5,387 bases of DNA from a virus (taxonomy: Duplodnaviria; Heunggongvirae; Uroviricota; Caudoviricetes). The stretch is from IMG/VR virus record IMGVR_UViG_2645727555_000012, one strand, 5' to 3'. A program made the translations under genes and the position numbers. Position 1 is the first letter of the stretch; each line of letters begins with the position of its first letter. Shown in pieces: positions 1 through 5,387 of the stretch. The notes beneath the pieces are model-generated. The model did no database searches and had not been told where the DNA came from. It worked only from the letters and a program-made list of their open reading frames with translations.

Positions 1-298
1 GATGGATGTGACATCGGCTCCTTCCGTCAGGGAGGTGCGCTTTGGTGATGGCTATTCCCAGCGTGCGCCTGCCGGGCTGAACGCTGACCTGAAAACGTAC
101 AGCGTGACGCTGTCTGTCTCCCGTGAGGAGGCCACGGCGCTGGAGTCGTTTCTGGCAGAGCACGGAGGCTGGAAGGCCTTTCTGTGGACGCCGCCTTATG
201 GTTACAGGCAGATAAAGGTGACCTGCGCAAAATGGTCGTCGCAGGTCAGTATGTTGCGTGTTGAGTTCAGCGCAGAGTTTAAACAGGTGGTGAACTGA
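1..298 (+). CDS. M: Minor tail protein M (gpM-like), 5'-truncated by the window edge
   Basis: The frame is open from position 2 to TGA at 296-298. The 98 aa translation (MDVTSAPSVREVRFGDGYSQRAPAGLNADLKTYSVTLSV...RVEFSAEFKQVVN) matches the C-terminal ~98 residues of the 109 aa lambda gpM from memory. The true start lies about 11 codons upstream of the window. The stop overlaps the L start (TGATG). Confidence 0.9.
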   Translation, partial: MDVTSAPSVREVRFGDGYSQRAPAGLNADLKTYSVTLSVSREEATALESFLAEHGGWKAFLWTPPYGYRQIKVTCAKWSSQVSMLRVEFSAEFKQVVN

Positions 299-996
299 TG
301 CAGGATATCCGGCAGGAAACACTGAATGAATGCACCCGTGCGGAGCAGTCGGCCAGCGTGGTGCTCTGGGAAATCGATCTGACAGAGGTCGGTGGAGAAC
401 GTTATTTTTTCTGTAATGAGCAGAACGAAAAAGGTGAGCCGGTCACCTGGCAGGGGCGACAGTATCAGCCGTATCCCATTCAGGGGAGTGGTTTTGAACT
501 GAATGGCAAAGGCACCAGTACGCGCCCCACGCTGACGGTTTCTAACCTGTACGGTATGGTCACCGGGATGGCGGAAGATCTGCAGAGTCTGGTCGGCGGA
601 ACGGTGGTCCGGCGTAAGGTTTACGCCCGTTTTCTGGATGCGGTGAACTTCGTCAACGGAAACAGTGACGCCGATCCGGAGCAGGAGGTGATCAGCCGCT
701 GGCGCATTGAGCAGTGCAGCGAACTGAGCGCGGTCAGTGCCTCCTTTGTACTGTCCACGCCGACGGAAACGGACGGCGCTGTTTTTCCGGGACGTATCAT
801 GCTGGCCAACACCTGCACCTGGACCTATCGCGGCGGTGAGTGCGGTTATCACGGTCCGGCGGTCGCGGATGAATATGACCAGCCAACGTCCGATATCACG
901 AAGGATAAATGCAGCAAATGCCTGAGCGGTTGTAAGTTCCGCAATAACGTCGGCAACTTTGGCGGCTTCCTTTCCATTAACAAACTTTCGCAGTAA
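298..996 (+). CDS. L: Minor tail protein L (gpL-like), tail-tip protein with C-terminal cysteine cluster
   Basis: 232 aa ORF, the same length as lambda gpL, with very high similarity from memory. ATG 298 overlaps the M stop (TGATG), and an AGGTGG Shine-Dalgarno sits at 285-290, 7 nt upstream. C-terminal cysteines at residues 173, 182, 205, 208 and 212 (CTWTYRGGECGYHG...DKCSKCLSGCKF) are present. Confidence 0.93.
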   Translation: MQDIRQETLNECTRAEQSASVVLWEIDLTEVGGERYFFCNEQNEKGEPVTWQGRQYQPYPIQGSGFELNGKGTSTRPTLTVSNLYGMVTGMAEDLQSLVGGTVVRRKVYARFLDAVNFVNGNSDADPEQEVISRWRIEQCSELSAVSASFVLSTPTETDGAVFPGRIMLANTCTWTYRGGECGYHGPAVADEYDQPTSDITKDKCSKCLSGCKFRNNVGNFGGFLSINKLSQ

Positions 997-1001
997 ATCC
1001 C

Positions 1002-4687
<3,686 letters not shown>

Positions 4688-4705
4688 ATTTTATAACCCA
4701 GAACG

Positions 4706-4732
4706 GGCGTCAGAAATGACGCCTTTTTTATT
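4706..4732 (+). terminator. Rho-independent terminator candidate between J and lom
   Basis: Perfect 7 bp inverted repeat GGCGTCA (4706-4712) and TGACGCC (4717-4723) around a GAAA tetraloop, followed directly by TTTTTTATT (4724-4732). It starts 19 nt after the J stop. Confidence 0.6.
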
Positions 4733-4753
4733 GCAGAAAAGCGAGAGGTAATT

Positions 4754-4825
4754 ATGCGTAAACTTTATGCCGCCATTTTGTCCGCAGCCATCTGTCTGGC
4801 CGTATCCGGTGCGCCTGCATGGGCG
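4754..4825 (+). other. Predicted Sec signal peptide of the Lom-like protein (cleavage after AWA)
   Basis: The N-terminus MRKLYAAILSAAICLAVSGAPAWA / SEQQ has a positively charged n-region (R, K), a hydrophobic core and an A-x-A cleavage motif. Confidence 0.65.
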
Positions 4826-5353
4826 TCTGAGCAGCAGGCCACGCTGAGCGCGGGGTATCTTCATGCCTCGACGAACGTTCCCGGCAGCGATGATCTGAAC
4901 GGGATTAACGTGAAATACCGTTATGAGTTTACGGACACACTGGGTATGGTGACGTCATTCAGCTATGCAGGAGACAAGAATCGCCAGCTGACCCGTTACA
5001 GCGATACCCGCTGGCATGAAGATTCCGTTCGTAACCGCTGGTTCAGCGTAATGGCGGGGCCGTCTGTGCGCGTGAATGAATGGTTCAGCGCGTATGCGAT
5101 GGCGGGTATGGCTTACAGCCGTGTGTCGACTTTCTCCGGGGATTATCTCCGCGTAACTGACAACAAGGGGAAAACGCACGACGTGCTGACCGGAAGTGAT
5201 GACGGTCGCCACAGCAACACGTCTCTGGCGTGGGGGGCTGGCGTGCAGTTTAACCCGACCGAATCCGTGGCCATTGATATTGCTTATGAAGGCTCCGGCA
5301 GTGGCGACTGGCGCACTGACGGTTTCATCGTGGGTGTCGGTTATAAGTTCTGA
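4754..5353 (+). CDS. lom: Lom/Ail/PagC/Rck-family outer-membrane beta-barrel protein (lambda Lom homologue; lysogenic-conversion moron)
   Basis: 199 aa ORF with an AGAGG Shine-Dalgarno at 4744-4748, 5 nt before the ATG. The last ~30 residues (VAIDIAYEGSGSGDWRTDGFIVGVGYKF) match the lambda Lom C-terminus from memory and end in the terminal aromatic typical of outer-membrane beta-barrels. Central conserved blocks GINVKYRYE and SVMAGP are present. The position immediately downstream of J is the same as in lambda. Confidence 0.9.
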   Translation: MRKLYAAILSAAICLAVSGAPAWASEQQATLSAGYLHASTNVPGSDDLNGINVKYRYEFTDTLGMVTSFSYAGDKNRQLTRYSDTRWHEDSVRNRWFSVMAGPSVRVNEWFSAYAMAGMAYSRVSTFSGDYLRVTDNKGKTHDVLTGSDDGRHSNTSLAWGAGVQFNPTESVAIDIAYEGSGSGDWRTDGFIVGVGYKF

Positions 5354-5387
5354 TTAGCCAGGTAACACAGTGTTATGACAGCCCGCC

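Overview
The whole window reads as the distal tail / tail-tip module of a lambda-like (lambdoid siphovirus) prophage, all on the + strand: the 3' end of minor tail protein M, then L, K, an I-J open reading frame, a hairpin terminator and a Lom/Ail-family outer-membrane protein gene. Identification rests on reading the supplied translations against lambda gpM, gpL, gpK, gpI, gpJ and Lom as I recall them; no database search was run. I do not see a novel defence or other undescribed system here. The most unusual observation is that genes I and J appear fused in frame by an internal deletion of about 1.1 kb, which would mark this as a defective prophage. The C-terminal part of J and the N-terminal two-thirds of Lom also diverge from lambda, and the K reading frame extends 48 codons upstream of the classical lambda K start to include a JAMM/MPN metalloprotease motif. 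Long antisense ORFs are treated as shadow ORFs of the GC-rich tail genes.
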